This document shows, one piece after another, positions 36,589-45,800 of a DNA stretch of 64,000 bases. This DNA is from an archaeon HR01. GTDB taxonomy: Archaea; Thermoproteota; Nitrososphaeria_A; Caldarchaeales; Caldarchaeaceae. The notes under the pieces were generated by a model. That model made no database searches and was not told the origin of the DNA. It saw nothing but the letters and a program-made list of their open reading frames with translations. The translations under genes and the position numbers were made by a program. The DNA lies in NCBI GenBank assembly GCA_002898355.1, contig BEHD01000010.1:2637-66636 (forward strand), given 5' to 3'. Every line of letters begins with the position of its first letter. Position 1 is the first letter of the stretch.

Positions 36589-37269
36589 ATGAGACCTCTT
36601 ATAGGATTTGCTGTGGGCATCGTCGGCGTCGTTATAATTCTTGCACCTGTCGCCCTCTACATCATGACCGGCTATGGGTCTCCCGTACAGCGTATTCTGG
36701 ATATGCAACTGGTTCCAGGTATGCCGTTTGGGTTAATATTATCATCCGCAGGTGCTGCCGTCTCGGCCGTAGGCGTAGTATTATTCATCAAGGCTATGAG
36801 GACCGTGGGCTCGACACCTCCCCTCGCAGAGTATACCAGACCATCCAGGCCGATGAGACCTAGCCCTAAGAGAGATCTGGAGGAGATAGAGGCGGAGATA
36901 GAGAAGATCTTGGACGACGGGAAAGGTGAGGGGCCTAGGGTTGAAGTGAGAATGCCTCAAACACCTCAGAGGAGCGCCCAGTCAGTTACCGCTGAAAAGG
37001 CTCCCCCACGTGAGAAACAGCCCTCCACCCATGTGAAAACCCCTAGTGTTAAGGTTATCTCCCGGGGCTTCGATCTGGTATGCAGGTCTTGTGGCGCCAT
37101 AAACCCTCTCGATAGCAAAGTTTGCAAGGAATGTGGGGGGAAGATATATGAGCCCAACCCGAGGCTTCCCGCATGCCCCGTCTGCGGCGCACCTCTGGAG
37201 GGTGAACAGCGGGTGGGGGAGAGGGTGGTGTGTACAGTATGCTTTTCAGAGCTTTTAATCAGTAGATAG
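36589..37269 (+). CDS. membrane-anchored zinc-ribbon protein (hypothetical)
   Basis: Two N-terminal TM helices, Pro/Ser-rich linker, C-terminal double ribbon CRSCG...CKECGG...CPVCG...CTVC. Confidence 0.35.
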   Translation: MRPLIGFAVGIVGVVIILAPVALYIMTGYGSPVQRILDMQLVPGMPFGLILSSAGAAVSAVGVVLFIKAMRTVGSTPPLAEYTRPSRPMRPSPKRDLEEIEAEIEKILDDGKGEGPRVEVRMPQTPQRSAQSVTAEKAPPREKQPSTHVKTPSVKVISRGFDLVCRSCGAINPLDSKVCKECGGKIYEPNPRLPACPVCGAPLEGEQRVGERVVCTVCFSELLISR

Positions 37270-37281
37270 TTAGGCATGTAG

Positions 37282-37521
37282 GTGGCTGCCTTGGAGGGAG
37301 CTAAGCCAATCCCAACAATCATGAAAAACCTATCAAAACACGTTAAGGTCATCTTGAAGAACGACCTCTGCTACGAGGGTATGATGGTCGAATGCGACAA
37401 CTACATGAACCTCGTCATAGACCATGTAGTAGAATACCATGGGGAGAATAAGCTGGCCGGATATCCCAGGGTCCTCATAAGGGGTAATAACGTCCTATAT
37501 CTCATCCTCTCCAGCAAGTAA
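37282..37521 (+). CDS. Sm-like archaeal protein (LSm)
   Basis: 79 aa. Sm1/Sm2 pattern: VKVILKNDLCYEGMMVECDNYMNLVI...PRVLIRGNNVLYL. Confidence 0.65.
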   Translation: MAALEGAKPIPTIMKNLSKHVKVILKNDLCYEGMMVECDNYMNLVIDHVVEYHGENKLAGYPRVLIRGNNVLYLILSSK

Positions 37522-37591
37522 CCCTATTCATATTATCTAAAGTGGGGATAGGAACTTAAATAGGAAGAATCTATGACCAGAGAGAGGACCC

Positions 37592-38827
37592 ATGCTGTTG
37601 TCGGAGAATTTTGTTACCGTCGAATCTCTGGATAGAAAGGCAGTCGAAGAGCAGCAGATAGAGTTTGTGGAGAGGAAGGGGCTTGGGCATCCCGACTACA
37701 TCATCGACGCCGCATGTGAGGCCTCCTCCATACAGCTCTCCAAATACTATCTCAAAGAGTTCGGATACATACTGCACCATAACCTAGATAAAGGACTTCT
37801 AGTGGGTGGGAGAGCTGTTAACAGATTCGGTTACGGAAGAGTTGAAGAGCCCATCACAATCATCGTTGCAGGCAGAGCATCCACACGAGTCAAGTCCCCC
37901 ACGGGAGATATAGTTATTCCGGTGGATAATATAGTGAAGGATGCAATCAAGAACATGATAAGGAGTAACTTCAGGTTCCTAGACCCCGACCAGCATATTG
38001 TCATTGAGACCAGGATTCGGGAGAGCGCACCAGACCTCAAGGCTGTAGTAGAGTCCAAGACGAAGACTCCTTTGGCTAATGATACATCCTTCGGCGTCGC
38101 CTTCTACCCCTTCACACCGTTGGAGAAGATAGTATACGAGACTGAGAGGCGTCTCAACTCCCCCGACTTCAAACACCGTGTCAAGGAGAGCGGTGAAGAT
38201 GTTAAGGTGATGGGGCTGCGCAGGGGCAAGACAATCATTATAACTGTTGCTGACGGCATAGTGAGCACACTCACCAAGGATAGGGATCATTATCATGCGG
38301 TTAAGGAGGCAATCAAGGATGAGGTGGCTAAACTGGTGAATAAGATAGCTCCAGACTATGAGAGTGTGGTCTACGTCAATACGGCGGACAAATACGGCGT
38401 CCAGGTAGATAATGAGATCTTCTACCTCACCTGTACAGGTACTTCCGCTGAGCACGGTGACGACGGTAATACGGGCAGGGGTAACCGGGCTAATGGGCTT
38501 ATAACCCCCAACCGGCAGATGTCCTTAGAGGCTGCAGCCGGCAAGAACCCGATATCCCATGTGGGTAAGATATACAATATCCTGGCAAGGCTCATAGCTG
38601 AGAGGATATACCATGAGACTGGACAGGTTAGGGAGGTTTACGTAAGGATATTGAGCCAGATAGGAAGGCAGATTGACCAGCCCCTCTCAGCCTCTGTCCA
38701 AGTGCTGGCGACCAATAAATTCACCTCAAACCTAGGAAACGAGATTCAGCGGATAGTAGAGGACGAGGTGTCCAAGGTCACTAGGATAACAGAGCTGGTT
38801 CTCTCAGGGGAGGTAACTGTCTTCTAG
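37592..38827 (+). CDS. mat: S-adenosylmethionine synthetase, archaeal type
   Basis: N-terminal VESL...EFVERKGLGHPDYIIDA is the archaeal MAT signature. 411 aa. Confidence 0.85.
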   Translation: MLLSENFVTVESLDRKAVEEQQIEFVERKGLGHPDYIIDAACEASSIQLSKYYLKEFGYILHHNLDKGLLVGGRAVNRFGYGRVEEPITIIVAGRASTRVKSPTGDIVIPVDNIVKDAIKNMIRSNFRFLDPDQHIVIETRIRESAPDLKAVVESKTKTPLANDTSFGVAFYPFTPLEKIVYETERRLNSPDFKHRVKESGEDVKVMGLRRGKTIIITVADGIVSTLTKDRDHYHAVKEAIKDEVAKLVNKIAPDYESVVYVNTADKYGVQVDNEIFYLTCTGTSAEHGDDGNTGRGNRANGLITPNRQMSLEAAAGKNPISHVGKIYNILARLIAERIYHETGQVREVYVRILSQIGRQIDQPLSASVQVLATNKFTSNLGNEIQRIVEDEVSKVTRITELVLSGEVTVF

Positions 38828-39546
38828 AAAGTGAAACGGTCCAACCCCCTGCTCCTCCTAAGTATTTCGCTGCACATCCTAGGTGTTAGACATCTAAACT
38901 CCACGCCTAACTGCCTGCATACGCTGGACGCCTTGCTGGATATGGATGGGGCGGCTACAATGGTCCTTGGCTTCTCACCCAGCTCCCTCTCGATGGATGA
39001 CGCATATTTCTGGAGCTGGATGATATCCTCCCTTGAAGCCCTAGCCTTCTTCAGCTCCAAGATGACGAGCCTCCCCTCCCTATCTCTACCCATGAGGTCT
39101 ATACGTCCAGAGCGGAATACCTGTCTCTCCTCGGCGAAGGGTTTGAAGCCTGGCTCCACTATATCGGGCTGAAGTAGGACTGCACTTTTCATCTCATCCT
39201 CGGTGGCGTACATCTCAAACTGGGCATCGTCGGAGAGGGAGAAGATATACATCTTTGGCGTTCCACTGAAGCTTACATCCAGCCTCTCTGAACGGCGTCT
39301 AACCACCAGTTTCAGCCCCTCCTGCCCCATCTCTATCTCTATCCGCGAGTTGGGTGGCTGCCAGTTAACAGGCTCGTAGCCCGTCGGCCTGTGGACCAAA
39401 ACACTCTTATCATTTTTGATTATAACCAGCCTCTCCCCCCACCCCAGACGGGAGGCAGCCCTACCCTCATATCTTACACTGCATAGTCCCACAAGAATTA
39501 TGAGATTGTTGGATTCAAGGGCCTCCTTCAGCGTCTTCTCAGACAT
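38824..39546 (-). CDS. nucS: endonuclease NucS (EndoMS), mismatch-specific
   Basis: 240 aa. N-terminal dimerisation/DNA-binding domain plus C-terminal RecB-like nuclease motif GRIDLMGRDREGRLVILELK. Confidence 0.7.
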   Translation of the reverse strand: MSEKTLKEALESNNLIILVGLCSVRYEGRAASRLGWGERLVIIKNDKSVLVHRPTGYEPVNWQPPNSRIEIEMGQEGLKLVVRRRSERLDVSFSGTPKMYIFSLSDDAQFEMYATEDEMKSAVLLQPDIVEPGFKPFAEERQVFRSGRIDLMGRDREGRLVILELKKARASREDIIQLQKYASSIERELGEKPRTIVAAPSISSKASSVCRQLGVEFRCLTPRMCSEILRRSRGLDRFTF

Positions 39547-39552
39547 ACCCTC

Positions 39553-40860
39553 TCAAGTCGGAAGGTTTAATGCTCTGAGAATCTCGATGTGTGGGTCAGA
39601 CCTAACGGGGAAGTATATGAAGGCCCATAGCAGCTGCGCTACTGTGATGGCTAGAAGGACCGCCCTAGAAAATTTTCCATCATCCAGCATGTATGAGAGC
39701 CCTATGACGAGTCCTGGAAGAGACATGACGAAGTAGAAGGGATAAACCCACCGGTTAAAGAGATACGCGATAGGATAGTAGATGCCATAGTTTAGAGCCA
39801 GCCAGGATAGTGTGAAGGATTCAACCCTGATATCTACATGGTTTCTCCTGTTTATGATTATCCTGTGGATGGCTGTGGGGATGACGACAAGTGTGGTCCA
39901 CCAGTAGGGGCTGTAGATACCCCAGTAGGCTATGGGATGCCAGGTCTTCTCTCCAGCAGAAGCTGTCACGACGTTGAAAGGCATGGGTTGGAATTGCTGT
40001 ATAGGCGATATCCAGCTGAAGGGGAGGTCTATGATGGTGCCTGAGCGCTCGACACATCTAAAGGGTAGGATGTAGGATACGCATGTGTATCTGAGTTGGG
40101 TGTGGTAGGCTAGCATGTAGTCGAGGTGGGCGAAGGGGTTGTTATAGGCTCCGAACCAGAGGTCGTAGAAAGTTAGTCCGGCTAAGAACAACGCCATCAT
40201 AGGGATGGATGTCCTCTCGAAAGCCCTCAGTGTTTTCTGGACTGCATCCCCCCACCCACCATCACTAAGGGAGTTGAGGAAAGTGTATGTCAGCAGGCCT
40301 AGATATGCGAAGAGGCTGGAGGTCTTGGAGAGGAGGGCGAGGGATAGGATCAGGCCTGAAAGGATGTACTGGTTTCGGATGTATAGAAAGGCTCCTAGGA
40401 CGGTGAAGAAGACGGCTGGGCCGTCAAGAATTGCTATAGAACCCACGTTGAGGAACATTATATCGGCGCCCAACAGCACGGCCGAAACCCAGACCACAAC
40501 CATGCGGCGTGTCAGCTCCCACGCCAGTAATACCAGGAAGCCCACCGCTATGGATGAGAGAATCGATGGGAAGAACCGCCAGCCTATAGGGTTGTCTCCG
40601 AAGACCCGTATCCCGAGGGCTATCAAAAGCTTTGAGAGGGGCGGATGCTCGTTGTTTACAGCTTCTCCGTTGAGGAGTTTTCTGGCTGCTGGGACATAGT
40701 AGTATTCGTCAAAGATTAGAGCACATTCGGTGGGCGGCTTCTCTATACACTGTTCAGGGGGCAGGGAGGGTGATGGATAGTTGATGATAGCAATTCTGAG
40801 ACCTACAAGGATTAGGATGGTGGCTAGGGCGATAATGTATGGCTTCTTCAACTCTATCAC
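39553..40860 (-). CDS. GT-C fold membrane glycosyltransferase (PMT/ArnT, GT39/GT83-like)
   Basis: Multi-TM. First-loop acidic motif region FDEYYYVPAARKLLNGE and overall dolichyl-phosphate-sugar transferase topology. Confidence 0.55.
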   Translation of the reverse strand: MIELKKPYIIALATILILVGLRIAIINYPSPSLPPEQCIEKPPTECALIFDEYYYVPAARKLLNGEAVNNEHPPLSKLLIALGIRVFGDNPIGWRFFPSILSSIAVGFLVLLAWELTRRMVVVWVSAVLLGADIMFLNVGSIAILDGPAVFFTVLGAFLYIRNQYILSGLILSLALLSKTSSLFAYLGLLTYTFLNSLSDGGWGDAVQKTLRAFERTSIPMMALFLAGLTFYDLWFGAYNNPFAHLDYMLAYHTQLRYTCVSYILPFRCVERSGTIIDLPFSWISPIQQFQPMPFNVVTASAGEKTWHPIAYWGIYSPYWWTTLVVIPTAIHRIIINRRNHVDIRVESFTLSWLALNYGIYYPIAYLFNRWVYPFYFVMSLPGLVIGLSYMLDDGKFSRAVLLAITVAQLLWAFIYFPVRSDPHIEILRALNLPT

Positions 40861-42422
40861 TTCAGCTTCTTACACATGTATGGGCCTATCCTCTCATAAC
40901 CCAGCTTACGGTAGTAGTTTCTCACGCCAACCCCGCTGATGACAGCCACTCGGTCAAGTCCGTAATCCTCCATGGATATCCTCTCCGCCTCAGAGAGGAG
41001 CATCCTCCCAAATCCCCTATGCTGGGCGGATTTAACTTCAGGATTCCCGCCAACGGGGGTCATGACACCGTACACGTGTAGCTCCCTCACCAGAGAGGAA
41101 TTCTCCAGCTCCTCCCTAAGACACCGACCGGGTATTCTAAGCCTAATAAAGCCTATCAGCGAGTCAGTATCCTCATCATCCAATGTTATAAACCACTCGT
41201 CTCCATGGCTGGCACGGTATCTGAGACGGTTTATGGTCAGCCTCTCCCATAGAGCAGGCCTCCGGCCTACCTCCCTACATCTTATGCACCGGCACCTACC
41301 CTCCATCTTGCCCTCCACCTCCTGTCTAAGGTTTGCCACCCTGCAGCCATCTAACGCATATTCTAGAGGTATCTCCCTCAAAACCCTATTAACCCTCACG
41401 TAGGGCGGTATGTCTTTAAAGAACTCGGATAAAACCCGTATCAGCTCTCTGTCGCTGTAGGGCCTGTAGAGGCCCTTCCTCCACATCTCCTCAAGCCCTG
41501 TGCCGGGAAGAACAAGGGTTGGATATATCTTGAGCATGTCAGGCCTGAAATCTTCAGAGCGGAAAAGCCTTTGAAGCATCTCAAGATCTTTCTCAGGGGT
41601 TGAACCTGGCAGGTTGGGCATCATATGGTAGCAGACCTTGAAAGCGAGGTCCTTCAGGTCGGCCGTCGCCTCAACCACATCAGCCACGCTGTGTCCACGA
41701 TTAACACTTTCAAGAATGCCGTCATCTAACGTTTGGACCCCCAGCTCAACCCTAGTCACACCCATATCAACCAGCTTCCTTGCCTGGGGATATTTGGCCC
41801 AGTCGGGCTTGGTCTCGACGGTTATTCCTGACACGTGTATGGCCGCATTCTCAGCATTCTGGAGGGCTGTCTCCAAATCAGGTGAGACTACACCATTCAA
41901 CGCATCAAGACATCCCTTAATGAATTTACGTTGGAAGTTTTCCGGGGTGGCTGTGAATGTTCCACCGATAATTATTATCTCGACCTTATCCACATTATGG
42001 CCTAGGCTACGGAGCTTCTCCAACTTCATCAATGTCTGCCTGTATGGGTCGTAGCCGGCTTCACGGGCTTCGATGATGACAGGCTCTCTACCGGTATAGC
42101 TTTGGGGTGTTCCCTGCTGAAATCCCCCAGGGCAGTAGATGCATTTGCCGTGTGGACACGAGTATATGGGGGCTACAACTGTAATCACGGATACACCTGA
42201 CACAGTTTTGACTGGTTTCTTTCTCAGCAGTGTCCGAAGCCAGGCTGGGTCTTCGTCTTTTAGGGCTTGGTAGAGCTGGTTGTTGGAGGGTATCACTGAT
42301 AGGCCGAGTCTCCTGACAGCTTCTAACTTCGCCTTGTGAAGCTCTTGATATGTGGATGGCTCAGCCTCCAGGAGGTACTGGATAACATCTCTAAGGCTCT
42401 CCCTATTCAGGGTCTCTAGCAA
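40857..42422 (-). CDS. elp3: Elp3-family radical SAM / GNAT tRNA wobble-uridine modification enzyme
   Basis: Radical-SAM CPHGKCIYCPGG, TIM-barrel core, C-terminal GNAT (HRGFGRMLLSEAE). 521 aa. Confidence 0.85.
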   Translation of the reverse strand: MLETLNRESLRDVIQYLLEAEPSTYQELHKAKLEAVRRLGLSVIPSNNQLYQALKDEDPAWLRTLLRKKPVKTVSGVSVITVVAPIYSCPHGKCIYCPGGFQQGTPQSYTGREPVIIEAREAGYDPYRQTLMKLEKLRSLGHNVDKVEIIIIGGTFTATPENFQRKFIKGCLDALNGVVSPDLETALQNAENAAIHVSGITVETKPDWAKYPQARKLVDMGVTRVELGVQTLDDGILESVNRGHSVADVVEATADLKDLAFKVCYHMMPNLPGSTPEKDLEMLQRLFRSEDFRPDMLKIYPTLVLPGTGLEEMWRKGLYRPYSDRELIRVLSEFFKDIPPYVRVNRVLREIPLEYALDGCRVANLRQEVEGKMEGRCRCIRCREVGRRPALWERLTINRLRYRASHGDEWFITLDDEDTDSLIGFIRLRIPGRCLREELENSSLVRELHVYGVMTPVGGNPEVKSAQHRGFGRMLLSEAERISMEDYGLDRVAVISGVGVRNYYRKLGYERIGPYMCKKLK

Positions 42423-43366
42423 TTCTCCCTCCCCAGCCTACGGACCATACGGCTTATCCACCTTAAGGCTCTATAGGGCCTCGGCCCCAGCGGACCGCCC
42501 AGAACCACCTCATCATAGCCCAGCTCAATAATATTAGCTATATGCTCCTCTAGACGTTCAGGCTTCCCCCATATACTGAAATAATCCACCCAGTCGCCAT
42601 CTGAGACCTGATAAAGTCCCTCCCAGTCAGAGGTCTCCAAGCAACGTGCCACCCTACCCCTCAGCTCCTCCGATACGCCAATCCTCTCCAGATATTTGGG
42701 GCTGGACCCTGCCATAAGGTATGCGGCGAAGGGGACAGCGGTCTTCCTTGCCTTTCCAGCATCTTCGTGGATAGATACGATGAGGTGCACAGCCATGACG
42801 AAGTCTCTTCCTCCAGTTAAGGCATCCCTGACATTTTCCTTGGCCTCCCTAATCATTTCAAGGTTTGACCAGTTGACTAATACCCCGTCTCCAATCTGCG
42901 CAGCCAGCCTCATCATCCTAGGACCCTGAGCCCCCAGAAAGATGGGAAGCCTCTTCACAGGCGGCATCTCCAGCCTAGGCCCCTCCGAGAAGATTTTCCG
43001 CAATCTTTCGACGAAGAAGGATACCTCCTCGACCGGGTTCCTCCTCTCTATACCAAGTCTGGCTAGTGAGAGTTTATCTCCGGCCCCCACAGCCAGCCTA
43101 AACCTATCGCCGGCCATGTCGTTTAGAGTCGTCATTATCTGGGCTATGGTGATGGGGTGGTGTATGTAGGGGTTTACCACTGACGGGCCAAGGATTAGCC
43201 TTCTGGTTCTCCTAGCCGCCTCCGAGAGGGCTATGAAGACGTTGCGGTTGAAGAAATGGTCGCTCATCCAGAGACCGTCAAAACCCAGACCCTCAGCTAT
43301 CATGGCCATAAGTGCGGTCTTCCAGAGGGGGTCTCTCGGGACAAGCTCTACGGAGAACTTAGGCAT
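42416..43366 (-). CDS. luciferase-like monooxygenase-family (LLM) oxidoreductase, probably F420-dependent
   Basis: TIM-barrel LLM pattern (LWMSDHF..., GAGDK, FLGAQGPRMMRLAAQIGDG). F420 biosynthesis genes lie elsewhere in the window. Confidence 0.65.
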   Translation of the reverse strand: MPKFSVELVPRDPLWKTALMAMIAEGLGFDGLWMSDHFFNRNVFIALSEAARRTRRLILGPSVVNPYIHHPITIAQIMTTLNDMAGDRFRLAVGAGDKLSLARLGIERRNPVEEVSFFVERLRKIFSEGPRLEMPPVKRLPIFLGAQGPRMMRLAAQIGDGVLVNWSNLEMIREAKENVRDALTGGRDFVMAVHLIVSIHEDAGKARKTAVPFAAYLMAGSSPKYLERIGVSEELRGRVARCLETSDWEGLYQVSDGDWVDYFSIWGKPERLEEHIANIIELGYDEVVLGGPLGPRPYRALRWISRMVRRLGRENC

Positions 43367-43583
43367 CCCTCCCAGTCCTCAACACCATAACCGTCTTGTC
43401 AGGCTCCACCATCATACATGCTTTTTTCAAAAGTTTAAACCCCTCCACACCCCACAATTCTCCCGTCTGGTACATGTCAGCTATACGCCACCCCATAGCC
43501 CTAGGTATCCTGTCAGCATACAGACTAGCAACCAAGATATCTAGTAGCTTCCCAGCTATCACCCTACGCCGTATAACCATCAC
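43359..43583 (-). CDS. small hypothetical protein, first gene of overlapping operon
   Basis: 74-aa ORF. 8-bp overlap with the LLM gene start. AT-rich promoter-like sequence immediately upstream (43584..43635). Confidence 0.3.
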   Translation of the reverse strand: MMVIRRRVIAGKLLDILVASLYADRIPRAMGWRIADMYQTGELWGVEGFKLLKKACMMVEPDKTVMVLRTGRDA

Positions 43584-43635
43584 CTCCGAAACAGCATAAG
43601 TAATAAATAAATCTCTGCAAAATTATTACTGTATA

Positions 43636-44343
43636 ATGCTGGGGTTCATCTCCAAAAAGGCTGTAATACGTGGGGTCGTAAGCAGGGGGGCTGTAATCTA
43701 TGGCCCCACAGAGATATCGGAGGGGTGCTTCGTGGATGACGCTGTGATAGGGTACCCTACACGTGGCCGTCTGATGTATGTCTTAGAGAAGTCTTCCGAC
43801 GCCACGGAGGCCTTGGATGAAGTGAGCCTAGGAGCCTACTTAGGTCCCCGATGCATAGTGAGAAGCGGTTGCATCATCTACGAGGAGGTCATGATGGAGG
43901 ACTCTGTGGAGCTGGGCCACGGGGTCCTGATAAGGTCAGGTAGCGTCGTTAGGTCAGGCTCGAGGATAGGAAGCTTTACCCAGCTGGACGGGAAAGTATT
44001 GATTGGGAAAAACGTCAACATCCAGTCAAATGTTTACCTACCCCACCTTACAAAAATCCTAGATGATGCCTTCCTAGGCCCCGGCGTAACCATGACCAAC
44101 GACCTCTACCCTGTGGCATCATCCCTCAAAGGCCCAACCATCGGGGCTAAAGCCATCATAGGGTCTAGAGCCGTTATCCTCCCCGGAGTAAATATAGGAG
44201 AGGGGGCTGTGGTGGGAGCAGGCTCAGTAGTCACCAGAGATGTGAAACCATACACGGTCGTCTACGGGGTCCCAGCCCGTGAAGTATATAGCCGTGAAGA
44301 ATATGATAGGAGGAAGGCCATGTACGAGTTGAAGGAGGGGTAA
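43636..44343 (+). CDS. hexapeptide-repeat (left-handed beta-helix) acyl/acetyltransferase
   Basis: Repeated [LIV]-G-x-x-x-x hexads throughout (IGKNVNIQSNVYL, IGAKAIIGSRAVILPGVNIGEGAVVGAGSVV). Confidence 0.6.
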   Translation: MLGFISKKAVIRGVVSRGAVIYGPTEISEGCFVDDAVIGYPTRGRLMYVLEKSSDATEALDEVSLGAYLGPRCIVRSGCIIYEEVMMEDSVELGHGVLIRSGSVVRSGSRIGSFTQLDGKVLIGKNVNIQSNVYLPHLTKILDDAFLGPGVTMTNDLYPVASSLKGPTIGAKAIIGSRAVILPGVNIGEGAVVGAGSVVTRDVKPYTVVYGVPAREVYSREEYDRRKAMYELKEG

Positions 44344-44396
44344 TGCTTAAAAACCAGGGGATAGCTTGATAGGTAGGTGAGGCTGAGGAAGCAGTA

Positions 44397-44705
44397 ATGG
44401 CTGACATATGTTCCACATGTGGACTCCCAAAATCGATATGTGTATGTAGCACGATAAGCAGAGAGCAGCAGAGGGTTAAGATAAAGCTGGAGCATAGAAA
44501 ATGGAATAAGCCTACCACAGTTATCGAGGGGCTAGACGGGACGAAGAAGGACCTTCAAGAGATAGCGTCCAAGCTGAAGGCTTTTCTGGCCTGCGGCGGC
44601 GTAGTAAAGGAGGGCAGCATACTACTTCAGGGAGACCATAGAGAGAAGGCTAAAGAGGCCCTTCTAGCCCTAGGACTGACGGAGGATAAGATCGAGGTAA
44701 TTTAG
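44397..44705 (+). CDS. sui1: translation initiation factor aSUI1 (eIF1 homolog)
   Basis: N-terminal Zn-binding CSTCGLPKSICVC followed by SUI1 fold (RKWNKPTTVIEGL...). Confidence 0.85.
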   Translation: MADICSTCGLPKSICVCSTISREQQRVKIKLEHRKWNKPTTVIEGLDGTKKDLQEIASKLKAFLACGGVVKEGSILLQGDHREKAKEALLALGLTEDKIEVI

Positions 44706-45640
44706 GCGGCCTGTGCAGAAGATGCTAAGCCTTCAAGGATATCTTTCAATCCCTTAAACCTATTTCTAACAGTAACCTCTGTGACACCAGCGGCCCTTGC
44801 GATGTCCTTCTGAGTGAGGTTCTGTGTTGTTTCCTGACAGGCCATGTAGAGGGCGGCGGCAGCTATACCCACCGGGTCTTTACCGACGGTCGCACCCTTG
44901 GCCACGGCCTCACTCAACAGCCTCATAGCCTCCTGTACTGTCCTCTGGTCAAGCCCCACCTTGGACGCTATCTTGTTCAGATATATTGATGGGTCTGCCA
45001 CTGGCACCTTAAGCCCGAGATGTTTAAGGAGGAGCCGGTAGCCCTGGGCTATAGTCTTACGTTTCACAGCTGCGTATGCCCTTTCAAATTCCCTCAGATC
45101 TCTAGGCGTACCCAACTGTCTACAGGCCGCATAAGTGGCTGCGGCCATGATGGATTTGATGGAGCGTCCCCTAACCAAGCCTGCTTTGAGGGCTTTCCGA
45201 TAAATGAGCATGGCCCTCTCCGCCACAGCGGGTGCCAGATGCAGTTTGTCCACGTATATCTGTAGAATGTTAACTGCCTGCTGTAGGTTTCTGGTCTCGG
45301 ACGAGTTAACTTGGGATGTGGCATCAAGCTTCTTAAGCCTGAGCATCTTCTCCCTAGCCTCCTTGGGTAGTTTCTTCCCCGAAGCATCCTCATCTATCCG
45401 GTCTATCACTGTAGAAAGCCCGTGGTCCCTATACATGATGGATAGTGGTGCACCAGCTCTGCTTCTGCTCTCCTCTTCCTCATCTATGTTCCTCCACTCA
45501 GGCCCCATATCCACATCCTTCTCCTGTATGACGAACCCGCACACCGTACATGTAACCTCCCCTGTCCTAGGGTCCGTTACCAGCATTTCATTTCCACATT
45601 CAGGACAGAAGACTGTTTCCTTCCAACTTTTTCTAACCAT
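44702..45640 (-). CDS. tfb: transcription initiation factor IIB
   Basis: N-terminal zinc ribbon CPECG...CTVCG, B-reader/linker, two cyclin repeats. Confidence 0.9.
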   Translation of the reverse strand: MVRKSWKETVFCPECGNEMLVTDPRTGEVTCTVCGFVIQEKDVDMGPEWRNIDEEEESRSRAGAPLSIMYRDHGLSTVIDRIDEDASGKKLPKEAREKMLRLKKLDATSQVNSSETRNLQQAVNILQIYVDKLHLAPAVAERAMLIYRKALKAGLVRGRSIKSIMAAATYAACRQLGTPRDLREFERAYAAVKRKTIAQGYRLLLKHLGLKVPVADPSIYLNKIASKVGLDQRTVQEAMRLLSEAVAKGATVGKDPVGIAAAALYMACQETTQNLTQKDIARAAGVTEVTVRNRFKGLKDILEGLASSAQAA

Positions 45641-45709
45641 TTTTCCCTCAACCTCCGAAAGCCATATAGGCTAGCCCACCGTCGCCGATGGGATAACCTA
45701 TAAGGTTTT

Positions 45710-45733
45710 CTATCTATTTACGGTAATAGATAG
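45710..45733. promoter_or_regulatory. perfect 9-bp inverted repeat CTATCTATT-n6-AATAGATAG in tfb/cysS divergent intergenic region
   Basis: Read directly from sequence. Roughly equidistant (about 70 bp) from the tfb and cysS start codons. Flanked by AT-rich TATA-like elements. Confidence 0.5.
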
Positions 45734-45800
45734 TATTTAAGCTTTTCACTGTTTCAACCACCTTATCATTTTAAAAAGGCCCTTACAGCATCCATGTGGG

